Shown: positions 37,684 to 47,692 of the stretch, in pieces
Layout of the letters: each line of letters opens with the position of its first letter
Numbering within the stretch: position 1 is the first letter of the stretch
Notes under the pieces: generated by a model
Database searches by the model: none
Told to the model about the DNA's origin: nothing
What the model saw: only the letters and a program-made list of their open reading frames with translations
Assembly: GCA_002310055.1 (NCBI GenBank)
Contig: DBXS01000011.1
Span: forward strand, 1 to 60,721
Length of the DNA: 60,721 nt
Origin: Clostridiales bacterium UBA1206
GTDB lineage: Bacteria > Bacillota > Clostridia > Oscillospirales > CAG-382
Direction: 5' to 3'
Made by a program: the position numbers and the translations under genes

Positions 37684-38757
37684 ATGGATAAGAAAAGTAC
37701 TATTGAAAAACTCGTTTCGCAAGCGCACGAAAACGGCGCGTTTACCGGCACCTGGCTTTACGCCGAACAAGGCAAGATCGTCACAAAGGGCGCGTTAGGT
37801 TTCCGCGACGCGGCGGATACGCTGCCGCTGCGCGAAGACAGCATATTCTATCTCGCCTCGGTAAGCAAGCAGTTCACGGCGACCGCCGTGATGCTCGCCC
37901 GCCGCATGGGGTTGCTTGACCTCGACGACGACGTGACGAAGTTTTTCCCGGATCTGCCTTTCAAGGGCGTGACGATCCGCCATATGCTCATACATACGAG
38001 CGGGCTTCCGTATTACGAAAACTGGTCGGCGGCGACCGCGAAAAAAGAAAACGTCATCCCCGATAACGGAATAGCCGTGAGGTTCCTTCGCGAAAGCGGA
38101 AAAGGTCCCGTATTCGCCCCGGGCGAAAAGTTCGGCTATTGCAACACGGCGTACTGTCTGCTCGCGCAGACGGTGCAGGTCGCTTCGGGCGTTCCGTTCG
38201 AAGAATTCATGAAAACCAACGTCTTTGAGCCCGCGGGGATGTATTCCACGCAGGTCTGCCATACCCGCAGGGACGGGACGGTGATCCCGAACATGGCGTA
38301 CGGACTGGTGCCGCACGACGGCGGTTATATACTCGCCGACGAATCCGGGCCCGACGAATGGGTGATCTGGCTCGACGGCGGCCACGGCGCGGGGCACGTT
38401 TATTCCAATATATTCGATCTGTTCGCATGGGACAGGGCACTGAAAAAAGGAACTGTGCTCACGCGCGAAGAACAGCAAATGATGTACACCCCCGGCCTGC
38501 TCAACGACGGTAGGACCGGCGGTTTCGGCGAGGAAAAAGAAGAGATCGGCTACGGATTCGGGTGGGATATACTCAAATACCCGCGTCTCGGGCTCGCCGT
38601 GAGCCACGGCGGGGATTATCCGGGTTACCGCACGCTGCTCAGGCGTTTCGTCGACGCCGACAGGGTACTCATCATACTCAGCTGCAGGGACGCGAAAGAC
38701 GCAAAAGCGTTTGAAAAGTTTATGTCGGATATGAAATCCGCCGCCGCGGAGGACTGA
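37684..38757 (+). CDS. Serine hydrolase, beta-lactamase/PBP fold
   Basis: SVSK, YCN, HTSG and HGG motifs; no signal peptide. Confidence 0.9.
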   Translation: MDKKSTIEKLVSQAHENGAFTGTWLYAEQGKIVTKGALGFRDAADTLPLREDSIFYLASVSKQFTATAVMLARRMGLLDLDDDVTKFFPDLPFKGVTIRHMLIHTSGLPYYENWSAATAKKENVIPDNGIAVRFLRESGKGPVFAPGEKFGYCNTAYCLLAQTVQVASGVPFEEFMKTNVFEPAGMYSTQVCHTRRDGTVIPNMAYGLVPHDGGYILADESGPDEWVIWLDGGHGAGHVYSNIFDLFAWDRALKKGTVLTREEQQMMYTPGLLNDGRTGGFGEEKEEIGYGFGWDILKYPRLGLAVSHGGDYPGYRTLLRRFVDADRVLIILSCRDAKDAKAFEKFMSDMKSAAAED

Positions 38758-38838
38758 ATCTGATAACGGGCGCAAAAGTGATATTGAATTATCCGGCAAG
38801 CCGTGTTATAATTCTATTGAAAGAACGGAGGTGTGCGT

Positions 38839-39909
38839 ATGGCAAAGGTGATAGTCGGGATGTCGGGCGGCGTGGACAGCGCCGTGGCGGCGTATCTGCT
38901 CAAAAAAGACGGTCACGAGGTGACGGGCGTCACGCTCCGCACCTGGCAAGCCGAAGACGGAAGCGAAAGCCGCTGCTGCGATATAGACGACGCGCGCCGC
39001 GTGGCGAACGTGCTGGGGATAAAATACGTCCCCGTGAACTGCACACTTGATTTTCAAAAATACGTAGTCGATCCGTTCACTAACGATTATCTGCGCGGTA
39101 TGACGCCCAACCCTTGCGTGGTCTGCAACCGGTACGTAAAGTGGGACAAGCTTCTTTATTATGCAAAGGCGCTGGGCGCGGAATATGTCGCAACGGGTCA
39201 TTACGCGTATATAAAAAAGCTCGAAAACGGCAGATTTACCGTTAAAAAGGCGAAATATTCCCAAAAAGACCAGACTTATATGCTTTACCGGCTCACGCAG
39301 GAACAGCTCGCTTCGACTCTTATGCCGCTCGGCGGTCTTTCCAAGAGCGAAGTAAGGAGCATAGCCGAAAATGCCGGACTTCCCGTGGCTTCCAAGCCCG
39401 ATTCGCAGGAGATATGCTTTGTCGCGGACGGGGGCTACGCGGATTTTATAGAAAGCGCCGCCGGACCGGACGCGGTAAAGGAAGGCGACTTTGTAGGCGA
39501 AGACGGAAACGTTCTGGGCAGGCACAAAGGGATAATCCATTATACGGTAGGTCAGCGCAAGGGACTGGGTATCGCGCTCGGACGTCCCGCGTACGTAAAG
39601 GAAATACGCGCCGAAACCAACGAGGTCGTTCTGGGCGGCGAAAGCTCGCTTTACCGCGGCGAGATCGTTTGCGGGGACCTCAACTTTTTAAGTATCCCGG
39701 GACTTACGCCTGGCGAAAAGCTCGAATGTACGGTCAAGATACGGTATCAGCACGCCGGACAGACTGCGGTGATAGAAGCCATGGAAAACGGTTTGGCAAG
39801 AATTGTATTCTCCGAGCCCGTTCGGGCGGCGACTCCCGGACAGTCCGCTGTGTTTTACGACAAAGACGAATGCGTCATAGGCGGCGGCGTGATAAGCGGG
39901 ATCAAGTGA
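38839..39909 (+). CDS. mnmA: tRNA 2-thiouridylase MnmA
   Basis: SGGVDS, TPNPCVVCN, ATGHY, KDQTY, DSQEICF, TPGQ. Confidence 0.97.
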   Translation: MAKVIVGMSGGVDSAVAAYLLKKDGHEVTGVTLRTWQAEDGSESRCCDIDDARRVANVLGIKYVPVNCTLDFQKYVVDPFTNDYLRGMTPNPCVVCNRYVKWDKLLYYAKALGAEYVATGHYAYIKKLENGRFTVKKAKYSQKDQTYMLYRLTQEQLASTLMPLGGLSKSEVRSIAENAGLPVASKPDSQEICFVADGGYADFIESAAGPDAVKEGDFVGEDGNVLGRHKGIIHYTVGQRKGLGIALGRPAYVKEIRAETNEVVLGGESSLYRGEIVCGDLNFLSIPGLTPGEKLECTVKIRYQHAGQTAVIEAMENGLARIVFSEPVRAATPGQSAVFYDKDECVIGGGVISGIK

Positions 39910-39912
39910 CGA

Positions 39913-39955
39913 AAAAAATACCTCTTTCGCAAAACACAGCGAAAGAGGTGTTTTT
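39913..39955. terminator. Bidirectional terminator
   Basis: CCTCTTTCGC...GCGAAAGAGG flanked by A/T runs between convergent mnmA and rbsK. Confidence 0.75.
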
Positions 39956-39967
39956 ATATTCGTTTGT

Positions 39968-40903
39968 TTACGTCTGCGAATGAGTCTCCATAAACAGCTC
40001 GACTTCGTCTTTGGAAGGCAGGGAAGTCAGCGCGCCGGGTTTAGTGACCGTAAGCGCGCCCGCGGCGTTGCCGTACCTGCACGCGGCGTGGATGTCGCCG
40101 CCGGAGCGGTAATATTCAAGCGTCAGCGCGGCGGTGAACGCGTCGCCGGCGGCGGTGGAGTCGACGGCTTCGACTTCGTACGGGCCGCAGATGTCGCAGT
40201 ACTTGCCGTCGTATATGAACGATCCTCTGGCGCCGAGCTTGAGCACTATGTATTTGACTTCGGTCATCGAATAAAGCGCCATGCACGCTTTGAGGCAGTC
40301 GTCGAGCGAATTGGGATGTATGCCGGTGAGGATCTGCGTTTCGTTCTCATTGGGCGATATGATCTCGGCTTTTTTGATCCTGCTCAGGTCGAACGAGCGC
40401 GACACGCCGCCGCAGTCGAGTACGAGCGGATAGCCTTTCGCCTGCGCATAGCGCGAAAGGAATTCGACCGCCATACTGCTGATCTCGAGATTTGCCATTA
40501 TGATGTCGGGGTAGGAACGCATTGCGTTTTCAATATCGGATTCGCCTATGTTCCTGTTGGCTCCGGAATAAACGATTATGCGGTTGCTGCCGTCTTTTTC
40601 GACCATTACCGCGGCAAGACCGGTCTGCTCGGTCTCGTCAACTCTGACGAACCGTCTGTCCACGCCGTTTTCGGAAAGGATCTGTAAGAGACGGTCGCCG
40701 TAAGCGTCGTCGCCCACGCGCGAACAAAGGATCGACTGGCCGCCGAGCTTGGCTGCCGCCACGGCGGCGTTCGCGCCTTTACCGCCCGGAACAAAGCCGT
40801 AGCTTCCGTCGGTCACCAGCGTTTCGCCGGCTGCGGGAACGTAGCTTGTTTTAAGAACAAAATCGATATTAGAAGAACCGGTAACGAGTATGCGAGCGTC
40901 CAT
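39968..40903 (-). CDS. rbsK: Ribokinase
   Basis: GSSNID, GGKGAN, PNENE, DSTAAGDAF. Confidence 0.92.
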   Translation of the reverse strand: MDARILVTGSSNIDFVLKTSYVPAAGETLVTDGSYGFVPGGKGANAAVAAAKLGGQSILCSRVGDDAYGDRLLQILSENGVDRRFVRVDETEQTGLAAVMVEKDGSNRIIVYSGANRNIGESDIENAMRSYPDIIMANLEISSMAVEFLSRYAQAKGYPLVLDCGGVSRSFDLSRIKKAEIISPNENETQILTGIHPNSLDDCLKACMALYSMTEVKYIVLKLGARGSFIYDGKYCDICGPYEVEAVDSTAAGDAFTAALTLEYYRSGGDIHAACRYGNAAGALTVTKPGALTSLPSKDEVELFMETHSQT

Positions 40904-40954
40904 TTTTGCGCCTCCGTACTTTTTTCTTTATTTTATCGCATTTTTTGCGCGTTG

Positions 40955-41224
40955 TCAACTGTTATTTTCCGCGTTTTCCTTAAGAGCCAGATATTTGAGC
41001 TTAGTAGCCATCCCTCCGCGCAGATGCCGTTCGTTTTTGTTGGTCTCCATAAGACGCGCGGTGCGTTCGTAAAGCGGACGGTTTATGTATTTGAGCCGGG
41101 TCGTCACATCCTTGTGGACGGTGGATTTTGAGACCCCGAAAACAAGCGCGGCCTTTCTGACCGTTGAATTATGCTCGGTAAGGTATTCCGCTATCCTCAC
41201 GGCGCGTTCGTCGGTGTCGTATAT
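40955..41224 (-). CDS. spoIIID: Sporulation transcription regulator SpoIIID
   Basis: TVRKAA..FGVSKSTVHKDVT.RL, ERHLRGGMATKLKY; start codon uncertain (ATA at 41224 or TTG at 41284). Confidence 0.93.
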   Translation of the reverse strand: MYDTDERAVRIAEYLTEHNSTVRKAALVFGVSKSTVHKDVTTRLKYINRPLYERTARLMETNKNERHLRGGMATKLKYLALKENAENNS

Positions 41225-41368
41225 GACGTTTTCCCCCTTTTTGAAGATTTCGCTTTTGTTAAAAGATATGTGGGAGAAAAACAAAATATATCAAATTTAC
41301 TATTGATTAAAACGCTTTGATGTGTTATATTTATAGAAGATAATATCCTTTCTCACGGAGGTATGAAT

Positions 41369-42358
41369 ATGCAGATACTCGTTACGGGCGGCACGGGGTA
41401 TATCGGTTCCCATACCGTCATAGAACTCATCAGATACGGCCACACGCCGGTCATCGTCGATAACCTTTCCAATTCCAAAATAACGGCTCTGGACGGAATA
41501 GAGAAGATATCCGGCGTAAGACCCGAGTTTTACGAGCTCGACGTCTGCGACAAAGCGGCGCTTTCTGAAGTGTTTAAGACCCACAAATTCGCTTCCTGTA
41601 TCCATTTCGCGGGGCTCAAGGCGGTGGGCGAATCGGTCCGTATGCCGCTGGAATACTATAAAAACAATCTGCTTTCCACCATAACCCTTTTGGAATGTAT
41701 GCGCGAAAACGGCTGCAGGAGCATAATCTTTTCTTCTTCCGCAACGGTCTACGGCGATCCCGCGTCGCTGCCCATAAAAGAAGATTTTCCCCTCTCCACC
41801 ACCAACCCGTACGGCACGACCAAGCTGATGATCGAACGCATACTCAGGGATTTCCAGTTTGCAAATAAAGAATATTCCGTTACGCTTTTGAGGTATTTCA
41901 ACCCCATAGGCGCGCATCCTTCGGGGCTTTTGGGCGAAGACCCCAACGGCATACCCAACAATCTGCTCCCCGTTGTAATGAAAGCCGCAAAAGGCGAGCT
42001 CACGCTCAACGTTTTCGGCAACGACTACGACACTCCCGACGGCACCGGCGTGCGCGACTATATCCACGTCTGCGACCTCGCCGCCGGGCATACCGCCGCG
42101 CTCAAGAACGCTTTCGCCCCCGGAGTGTATATCTATAATCTGGGGACCGGCAACGGTTTTTCGGTGCTCGAGATAATCAATACGTTCGAACGCGTCAACG
42201 GCGTAAAAGTGCCGTACGTCATAACAGCCCGCCGTCCCGGCGATATCGCCGCGTGCTACGCCGATCCTTCCAAAGCCGAACGTGAGCTCGGCTTCAAGGC
42301 CGTGCACGGCATAGAGGATATGTGCCGCGACGCCTGGAATTACGCAAAAGACAGGTAA
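41369..42358 (+). CDS. galE: UDP-glucose 4-epimerase
   Basis: TGGTGYIGSH, SSSATVYG, YGTTK, LRYFNP, RDYIHV. Confidence 0.97.
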   Translation: MQILVTGGTGYIGSHTVIELIRYGHTPVIVDNLSNSKITALDGIEKISGVRPEFYELDVCDKAALSEVFKTHKFASCIHFAGLKAVGESVRMPLEYYKNNLLSTITLLECMRENGCRSIIFSSSATVYGDPASLPIKEDFPLSTTNPYGTTKLMIERILRDFQFANKEYSVTLLRYFNPIGAHPSGLLGEDPNGIPNNLLPVVMKAAKGELTLNVFGNDYDTPDGTGVRDYIHVCDLAAGHTAALKNAFAPGVYIYNLGTGNGFSVLEIINTFERVNGVKVPYVITARRPGDIAACYADPSKAERELGFKAVHGIEDMCRDAWNYAKDR

Positions 42359-42417
42359 CAGCACAAAAAAACAACATCCGCTTCTTTTATGAAGCGGACG
42401 TTTTTTTTGCGCGTTTT

Positions 42418-43263
42418 TCAAATATAAATAACTATAAGGCCCACCATCATTCCCAGAAGAGTGGCGGTTGCGGGCAGCTTGGAACGCCACATCAGGATCG
42501 ATTCAGGTAAAAGCTCGCCGAGCACGACGTATATCATGGCGCCGCTGGCGAACGCCAGCGATATCGTAAGCGCGAGCGGACCGACGGTCCCTATGAGGTA
42601 CCCGAGCAGCGCGCCCAGTATGGTCGGTGCGCCCGAAAGCGCCGTGATGAGTATGGCTTTGGGCTTGCTCATTCCGCCGGATATAAGCGGAACGGATATC
42701 GCCATGCCTTCGGGAATGTTGTGCAGCCCTATGATGACCGCCAGGATGAATCCGCTGCCGCCGAAGAGCTGCGAAGGGTCGGCGGCGAACGAGGCGCCTA
42801 TCACCATGCCTTCCGGCAGATTGTGCAGCGCTATGGCGCACGCCATTACGACTCCGGCTATGAACAGCGACGAATTGCTTTGTTTATGGGCTTCCAGATG
42901 GTCGGCGTGGATGAGCTCGTCAAGGTCGTCAGCGGTCTGCGGATGGTCTTTGTCGATATGCTCTATTTCGTGATTGGTCTTCTTGTCGATCCAGGTGTTG
43001 AGCAGATAAACGCAGAAATACCCGAACACTATGCCCAGTATTACCACGAAAATGCTCGTCTGCGCGCCTTCTTCGGGCGTAATGGCGTCGATGATGAGGT
43101 CAAAGCACACTACCGCGAGCATTATTCCCGCGGCAAAGCTCAAAAGCAGACTGACCGTCTTGCGCGAATCGCGTTTGAACAGCGCCGAAACCACGCCGCC
43201 GAGCCCGGTCCCGCAGATGCCCGCGATAGAGGTGATTATTAAGATCCACAGAATGATATTCAT
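42418..43263 (-). CDS. ZIP-family metal transporter
   Basis: LHNLPEG and LHNIPEG; His-rich loop. Confidence 0.93.
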   Translation of the reverse strand: MNIILWILIITSIAGICGTGLGGVVSALFKRDSRKTVSLLLSFAAGIMLAVVCFDLIIDAITPEEGAQTSIFVVILGIVFGYFCVYLLNTWIDKKTNHEIEHIDKDHPQTADDLDELIHADHLEAHKQSNSSLFIAGVVMACAIALHNLPEGMVIGASFAADPSQLFGGSGFILAVIIGLHNIPEGMAISVPLISGGMSKPKAILITALSGAPTILGALLGYLIGTVGPLALTISLAFASGAMIYVVLGELLPESILMWRSKLPATATLLGMMVGLIVIYI

Positions 43264-43359
43264 TGATGAACGTCCTTGTTGTTTGTTGTGTTAATTATAT
43301 ATCCAAACTCGGATTTTGTCAACAATACTGTTGAACAAATCGGGAGTTTTCATAAAAAA

Positions 43360-43515
43360 CTATTTATTCAATTCGTTGTGCGCGGCGATCGCCGCAAGTG
43401 TGTCGCCCAGCATCACCAGCGACGCCGAAAGCAGCGCCAGTTCGGTATCGTCCAGATACGCGGCTATAAGTTCGGCAAGCGCCGTTATCTGCAGCGCGGT
43501 CAGTTTTCCGTTCAA
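43360..43515 (-). CDS. Small DUF6774-like protein
   Basis: ITALA..IA..L...ELALL......LGDTLA.IA pattern; GAGGGG RBS before TTG. Confidence 0.7.
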   Translation of the reverse strand: MNGKLTALQITALAELIAAYLDDTELALLSASLVMLGDTLAAIAAHNELNK

Positions 43516-43629
43516 GTCAATCGCCCCTCTCTTATTGCAGTAATATGAAAAATAGTTCAAAAAGGCGGATAAAATCAAAAATACTCTTGACAAAAATAGC
43601 TCGTTATGTTACAATTCACTTTGCGACGC

Positions 43630-43718
43630 GGAGAGATGTCCGAGCGGTTTAAGGAGCTGGTCTTGAAAACCAGTGAGTCAGCAATGACCCGTGGGTTCGA
43701 ATCCCACTCTCTCCGCCA
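43630..43718 (+). tRNA. tRNA-Ser(TGA)
   Basis: GGAGAGA/TCTCTCC stem, CTGGT-ctTGAaa-ACCAG, GCCA end; TTGACA/TACAAT promoter upstream. Confidence 0.97.
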
Positions 43719-43760
43719 ACTCTCCCAAAACGAATAACTTAATTTACCAACACTGTGAAT

Positions 43761-43850
43761 GCGGAAGTACTCAAGTGGTGAAGAGGCGCCCCTGCTAAGG
43801 GTGTAGGTCGGGTTACCGGCGCAAGAGTTCAAATCTCTTCTTCCGCGCCA
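43761..43850 (+). tRNA. tRNA-Ser(GCT)
   Basis: GCGGAAG/CTTCCGC stem, CGCCC-ctGCTaa-GGGTG, GCCA end. Confidence 0.97.
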
Positions 43851-43878
43851 GAAAAGCCCCGCGTATGCGGGGCTTTTC
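43851..43878 (+). terminator. Terminator after tRNA-Ser pair
   Basis: GAAAAGCCCCGC-gtat-GCGGGGCTTTTC. Confidence 0.8.
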
Positions 43879-44211
43879 AAGTCTTATCCCGTCTGTAACG
43901 ACGGGATTTTTGGTTTAATGAAAAAAACGTGAGATTTTCGCAGGCGTTTGTGTTCAGTTCGTTCGCCGTAGGCGGAAGATGCAAGGCGTACCGCTACACT
44001 TTCGATCCCGACGGACGTCTTATCGGAGTGGAAGGCACGGGAGACACGAGTATGTTCCGCAGATGAGCGGCTGAGTTCAAAAAAATCAGATAACAATAAC
44101 GTTTTACGGCACCGGCACTTTTGCGCTTGCATTTTGCGCACGCCGGTGCTATAATTATATCGCTAAGTAATCAGGCCGCTTAACTTATAAGGCATCCGGA
44201 GGAACAACAGT

Positions 44212-45351
44212 ATGGCGGAACAAAACAAAGATATCGCGGTCCTTGCGGCAAACAGGGAAAAAACAATAGTAAGGACAAGCGTGATAGGCATAATCACGAA
44301 TCTGCTGCTCGTGGGGTTCAAGGCGTTCGTAGGGCTGGTATCAAATTCGATATCGGTCATACTCGACGCGGTGAACAACCTTTCCGACGCGCTTTCGTCG
44401 GTCGTGACGATAATCGGCGCCAAGCTCGGCGCAAAGCAGCCGGATAAAAAGCATCCGCTCGGCTACGGCAGGATCGAATACATAAGCTCTATGGTGGTCG
44501 CAGCGCTCGTCCTTTACGCGGGTTTGACGGCGCTTGTCGAATCGGTCAAAAAGATCATAAATCCGGAAGCGGCGGAATACGATACGGCGGCGATCGTGAT
44601 CATTTCCGTGGCGATCGCAGTCAAACTCGTACTCGGACTTTACGTTAAAAAGCAGGGCAAAAAGGTCAATTCCGGCTCGCTCGTCGCCTCGGGTTCGGAC
44701 GCTATGTTCGACGCCGTGCTTTCTGCGTCGGTGCTCGCGTCGGCGATCGTCTTCCTCATCTGGGGCGTGTCACTGGAAGCATACGTGGGCGTCGTTATCG
44801 CAATATTCATCATCAAAGCAGGCATAGAAATGATGATCGAGACCTTGAACGATATAATCGGTAAACGGGAAAACGCCGAAACGAGCAAGGAACTCAAAAG
44901 TATAATCTGCGAAGAAGAATCCGTGCTCGGCGCCTATGACGTCACGCTTTTCAACTACGGGCCAAATAAGAACTACGGCTCGGTCCACATAGAACTGCCC
45001 GACACTATGAGCGTCGACGACGTCGATAAGATAACGCGCAGGATACAGACCGACGTTTACCGCAAGACGGGAATAATCCTTACCGGTATAGGCGTATACT
45101 CGCACAACACTTCAAATGACGAAGCGGCGCAGATGCGCAACGCCGTACAAAAGGCGGTAATGACGCACGACTGGGCTTTGCAGATGCACGGCTTTTACGC
45201 CGACACCGAAAATAAGACGCTCCGCTTCGACGTGGTGCTGAGCTTCGATGTCGACCGCAAGGAAGCCGTGGAAACGCTGTACAAAGAGATCGGCGCGATG
45301 TACCCGGAATATAATATGACCATTATCCCCGACACGGACGTTTCTGATTGA
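44212..45351 (+). CDS. Cation diffusion facilitator transporter
   Basis: DAVNNLSD, PDKKHPLGYGRIEY, duplicated C-terminal dimerisation-like domain. Confidence 0.92.
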   Translation: MAEQNKDIAVLAANREKTIVRTSVIGIITNLLLVGFKAFVGLVSNSISVILDAVNNLSDALSSVVTIIGAKLGAKQPDKKHPLGYGRIEYISSMVVAALVLYAGLTALVESVKKIINPEAAEYDTAAIVIISVAIAVKLVLGLYVKKQGKKVNSGSLVASGSDAMFDAVLSASVLASAIVFLIWGVSLEAYVGVVIAIFIIKAGIEMMIETLNDIIGKRENAETSKELKSIICEEESVLGAYDVTLFNYGPNKNYGSVHIELPDTMSVDDVDKITRRIQTDVYRKTGIILTGIGVYSHNTSNDEAAQMRNAVQKAVMTHDWALQMHGFYADTENKTLRFDVVLSFDVDRKEAVETLYKEIGAMYPEYNMTIIPDTDVSD

Positions 45352-45373
45352 ATCACAATTGAAAGGCGACATC

Positions 45374-45664
45374 ATGAAAAACACGGCTCAGATAAACAGG
45401 ATAATGCGCTACGAAAGCGTTTGCGACGAGATCAAAAAGGCAAACGAAGACCTCAAAACGGCTCTCGCCGCGTTCGCTTCCGTAAAAGCGAAAACCGTTT
45501 CGCTTGAAAAATACTATACCGGCAGGCTTTGGAAAAAAGATTTCGCCGACGACGAAGCCGGGCTGATCCCGAAGGAGATAAAAAGAGGCGTGCTTTCGGA
45601 AGACGGCGTATACGATCTGCTCGACGAATACCGTTCGCTGGAAAAGCGTATATCAAAGAAATAG
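45374..45664 (+). CDS. DUF4298-like protein
   Basis: LEKYY...WKKDFADDEAG...KRGVLSEDGVYDLL. Confidence 0.85.
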   Translation: MKNTAQINRIMRYESVCDEIKKANEDLKTALAAFASVKAKTVSLEKYYTGRLWKKDFADDEAGLIPKEIKRGVLSEDGVYDLLDEYRSLEKRISKK

Positions 45665-45673
45665 TATCGGGCA

Positions 45674-45717
45674 GCAACAGCGGGTTGCGTGACATTTTGC
45701 GCAAAGCGTGATATAAT
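45674..45717 (+). promoter_or_regulatory. GCAAC-N5-GTTGC palindrome abutting the -35 of the XRE/zinc-ribbon gene promoter
   Basis: Palindrome 45674-45688, then GTGACA-17-TATAAT(45712-45717). Confidence 0.65.
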
Positions 45718-45737
45718 ACGTCACGGAGGTAGAAAGA

Positions 45738-46502
45738 ATGAACACAAAAGACGTTATTTTTGATCTGAGGACCAAGAAAGGGCTTTCGCAGGACGAACTT
45801 GCGGAAAAAGTATTCGTAACAAGGCAGGCGGTGTCGCGCTGGGAGACCGGCGAGACCGTCCCCAATACCGAAACGCTCAAACTGCTTTCGGAATTCTTTG
45901 ACGTTTCCATCAACACGCTGCTCGGCTCGCCGCGCAAGCTGTTCTGTCAGTGCTGCGGTATGCCGCTCGAGGACGAGGTCATAAGCAAGGAAAAAGACGG
46001 CGCGTTCAACGAAGATTATTGTAAATGGTGCTACGCCGACGGAGAATACACATACAGCGATATGGACGACCTCATCGACGTCTGCGTTCCGCATATGGCA
46101 AGCGAGGGATTTACCGAAGAACAGGCCCGCGCTTATCTAAAAGATATGCTTCCCAAGCTCGATTACTGGAAACGCTACGACGAGCTCGGCGGCGGAAAAA
46201 AGTTTGAAGAGTTCAAAAAGCAGCTTATTGACGAATTCAACGCGCTGCACGTGGAAGGATTGCCCAAAGTGGAAAAGCTAAACGCGCTGGTGGGCTCTTA
46301 CGTGAATCTGGAATACCGCCTGCCGAACGGGCAGAAAGTGAAATTCCTCGACGACGGCGCCACTTATTTGGGGAATCAGTACGAATGCGAATTCGGCGGC
46401 GACAGATGTTTCGGCATACTCGCCAATATGGAATTCCTGCTCGTTGCGACGTACGGCGAAGGCGGGAGCGACCCCGAACTCGTGCTCTACAAAAAAAGAT
46501 AG
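45738..46502 (+). CDS. XRE HTH regulator fused to putative zinc-ribbon domain
   Basis: GLSQDELAEKVFVTRQAVSRWETG; CQCCGMP...YCKWCY. Confidence 0.9.
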   Translation: MNTKDVIFDLRTKKGLSQDELAEKVFVTRQAVSRWETGETVPNTETLKLLSEFFDVSINTLLGSPRKLFCQCCGMPLEDEVISKEKDGAFNEDYCKWCYADGEYTYSDMDDLIDVCVPHMASEGFTEEQARAYLKDMLPKLDYWKRYDELGGGKKFEEFKKQLIDEFNALHVEGLPKVEKLNALVGSYVNLEYRLPNGQKVKFLDDGATYLGNQYECEFGGDRCFGILANMEFLLVATYGEGGSDPELVLYKKR

Positions 46503-46647
46503 TCTGTTTGAAACCGTAATAAAGCGCCCCTTCTGTGATTTCCGGGGCGCTTTTGTTATATGCGCATTTCAATAGATATTGACATTATCGCGCCGCCGCG
46601 TTATAATACTTTTTGATGTAAACCAACTCAAAAGACAGGTGCGACTG

Positions 46648-47097
46648 ATGACTGATACAAAAAAGACCGAAATATGGCGCGCGCTCAAATTTCTTTTCTT
46701 TTCGATAAGCGCCGGCGTGATACAGATCGCTTCGTTCACGCTGCTCAACGAAGTGCTGCATCTGCCGTACTGGGTCTCGTACGGGATAGCGCTCGTCCTT
46801 TCGGTGCTGTGGAATTTCACTTTCAACCGCAAATTCACGTTCAAATCTGCGGCGAACGTCCCCGTGGCGATGCTCAAGGTCGCTGCGTATTACGCGGTAT
46901 TCACTCCGCTTTCGCTGCTTTTGGAATACTGGCTTGCTGATAAAAACGGCTGGAACGAATATCTCGTAACTGCTATGAATATGGTCATCAATTTCGTCAC
47001 CGAATACCTTTGGCAGCGGTTCTACGTGTTCCGCGCCAGCGTCGACACCGCTGTAAAAGAAGAAAAAGAAGAAGAGTCCGGACCCGAGCAGGCGTAA
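46648..47097 (+). CDS. GtrA-family membrane protein
   Basis: KFLFFSISAG, WNFTFNRKFTF, QRFYVF; four TM segments. Confidence 0.88.
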   Translation: MTDTKKTEIWRALKFLFFSISAGVIQIASFTLLNEVLHLPYWVSYGIALVLSVLWNFTFNRKFTFKSAANVPVAMLKVAAYYAVFTPLSLLLEYWLADKNGWNEYLVTAMNMVINFVTEYLWQRFYVFRASVDTAVKEEKEEESGPEQA

Positions 47098-47136
47098 GAT
47101 CGCTTTCGCGTGCGCACTCAAGAGGATAATACAAAA

Positions 47137-47673
47137 ATGCGCTATGTGGTCATAGATACCGAAACGCCCAATATGGCAAACGACCGGATGAGTTCGATCG
47201 GGATAGTCGTGCTCGAAAACCGCGAGATCGTGTACAGATTCGGCACGCTGATCGATCCGGAAACGTACTTTTCGCCGTTCAATGTGCAGCTCACCGGCAT
47301 AAACCCCGAATCTGTCTGCGGAATGCCGACTTTCGGCGACCTGTGGCATATACTCAGACCCATACTCGAAAGCGGCGTGATTGTCGCGCACAATGCCGTG
47401 TTCGACTTGTGCGTGCTTGCAAAATGCCTTAACGCCTATAATATCGTGTGGCGCGACACGGTGCCGTATCTTTGCACAGTGCGGCTTTCGCGCAGCGTGT
47501 TCCCGTCGGTAAGGGATCATAAGCTCAACACGCTGTGCGATCATTTCGGGATCGAGCTCGATCATCATCGCGCCGAAAGCGACAGCGAAGCGTGTGCCGG
47601 TATTCTTATAAAGTGTATGGAGACTTGCGCCGACGTGAACAGCTTCATCCGCACGTTCCGGCTCGTCAAATAA
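47137..47673 (+). CDS. DEDDh 3'-5' exonuclease (DnaQ-like)
   Basis: IDTET, VAHNAVFD, HHRAESDS. Confidence 0.92.
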   Translation: MRYVVIDTETPNMANDRMSSIGIVVLENREIVYRFGTLIDPETYFSPFNVQLTGINPESVCGMPTFGDLWHILRPILESGVIVAHNAVFDLCVLAKCLNAYNIVWRDTVPYLCTVRLSRSVFPSVRDHKLNTLCDHFGIELDHHRAESDSEACAGILIKCMETCADVNSFIRTFRLVK

Positions 47674-47692
47674 GAAAAGAGGTAAAAGAGAA

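Noticed and set aside
37684-38757. Beta-lactam resistance gene
   Set aside because: No signal peptide, and HGG replaces KTG; a generic cytoplasmic serine hydrolase is more likely
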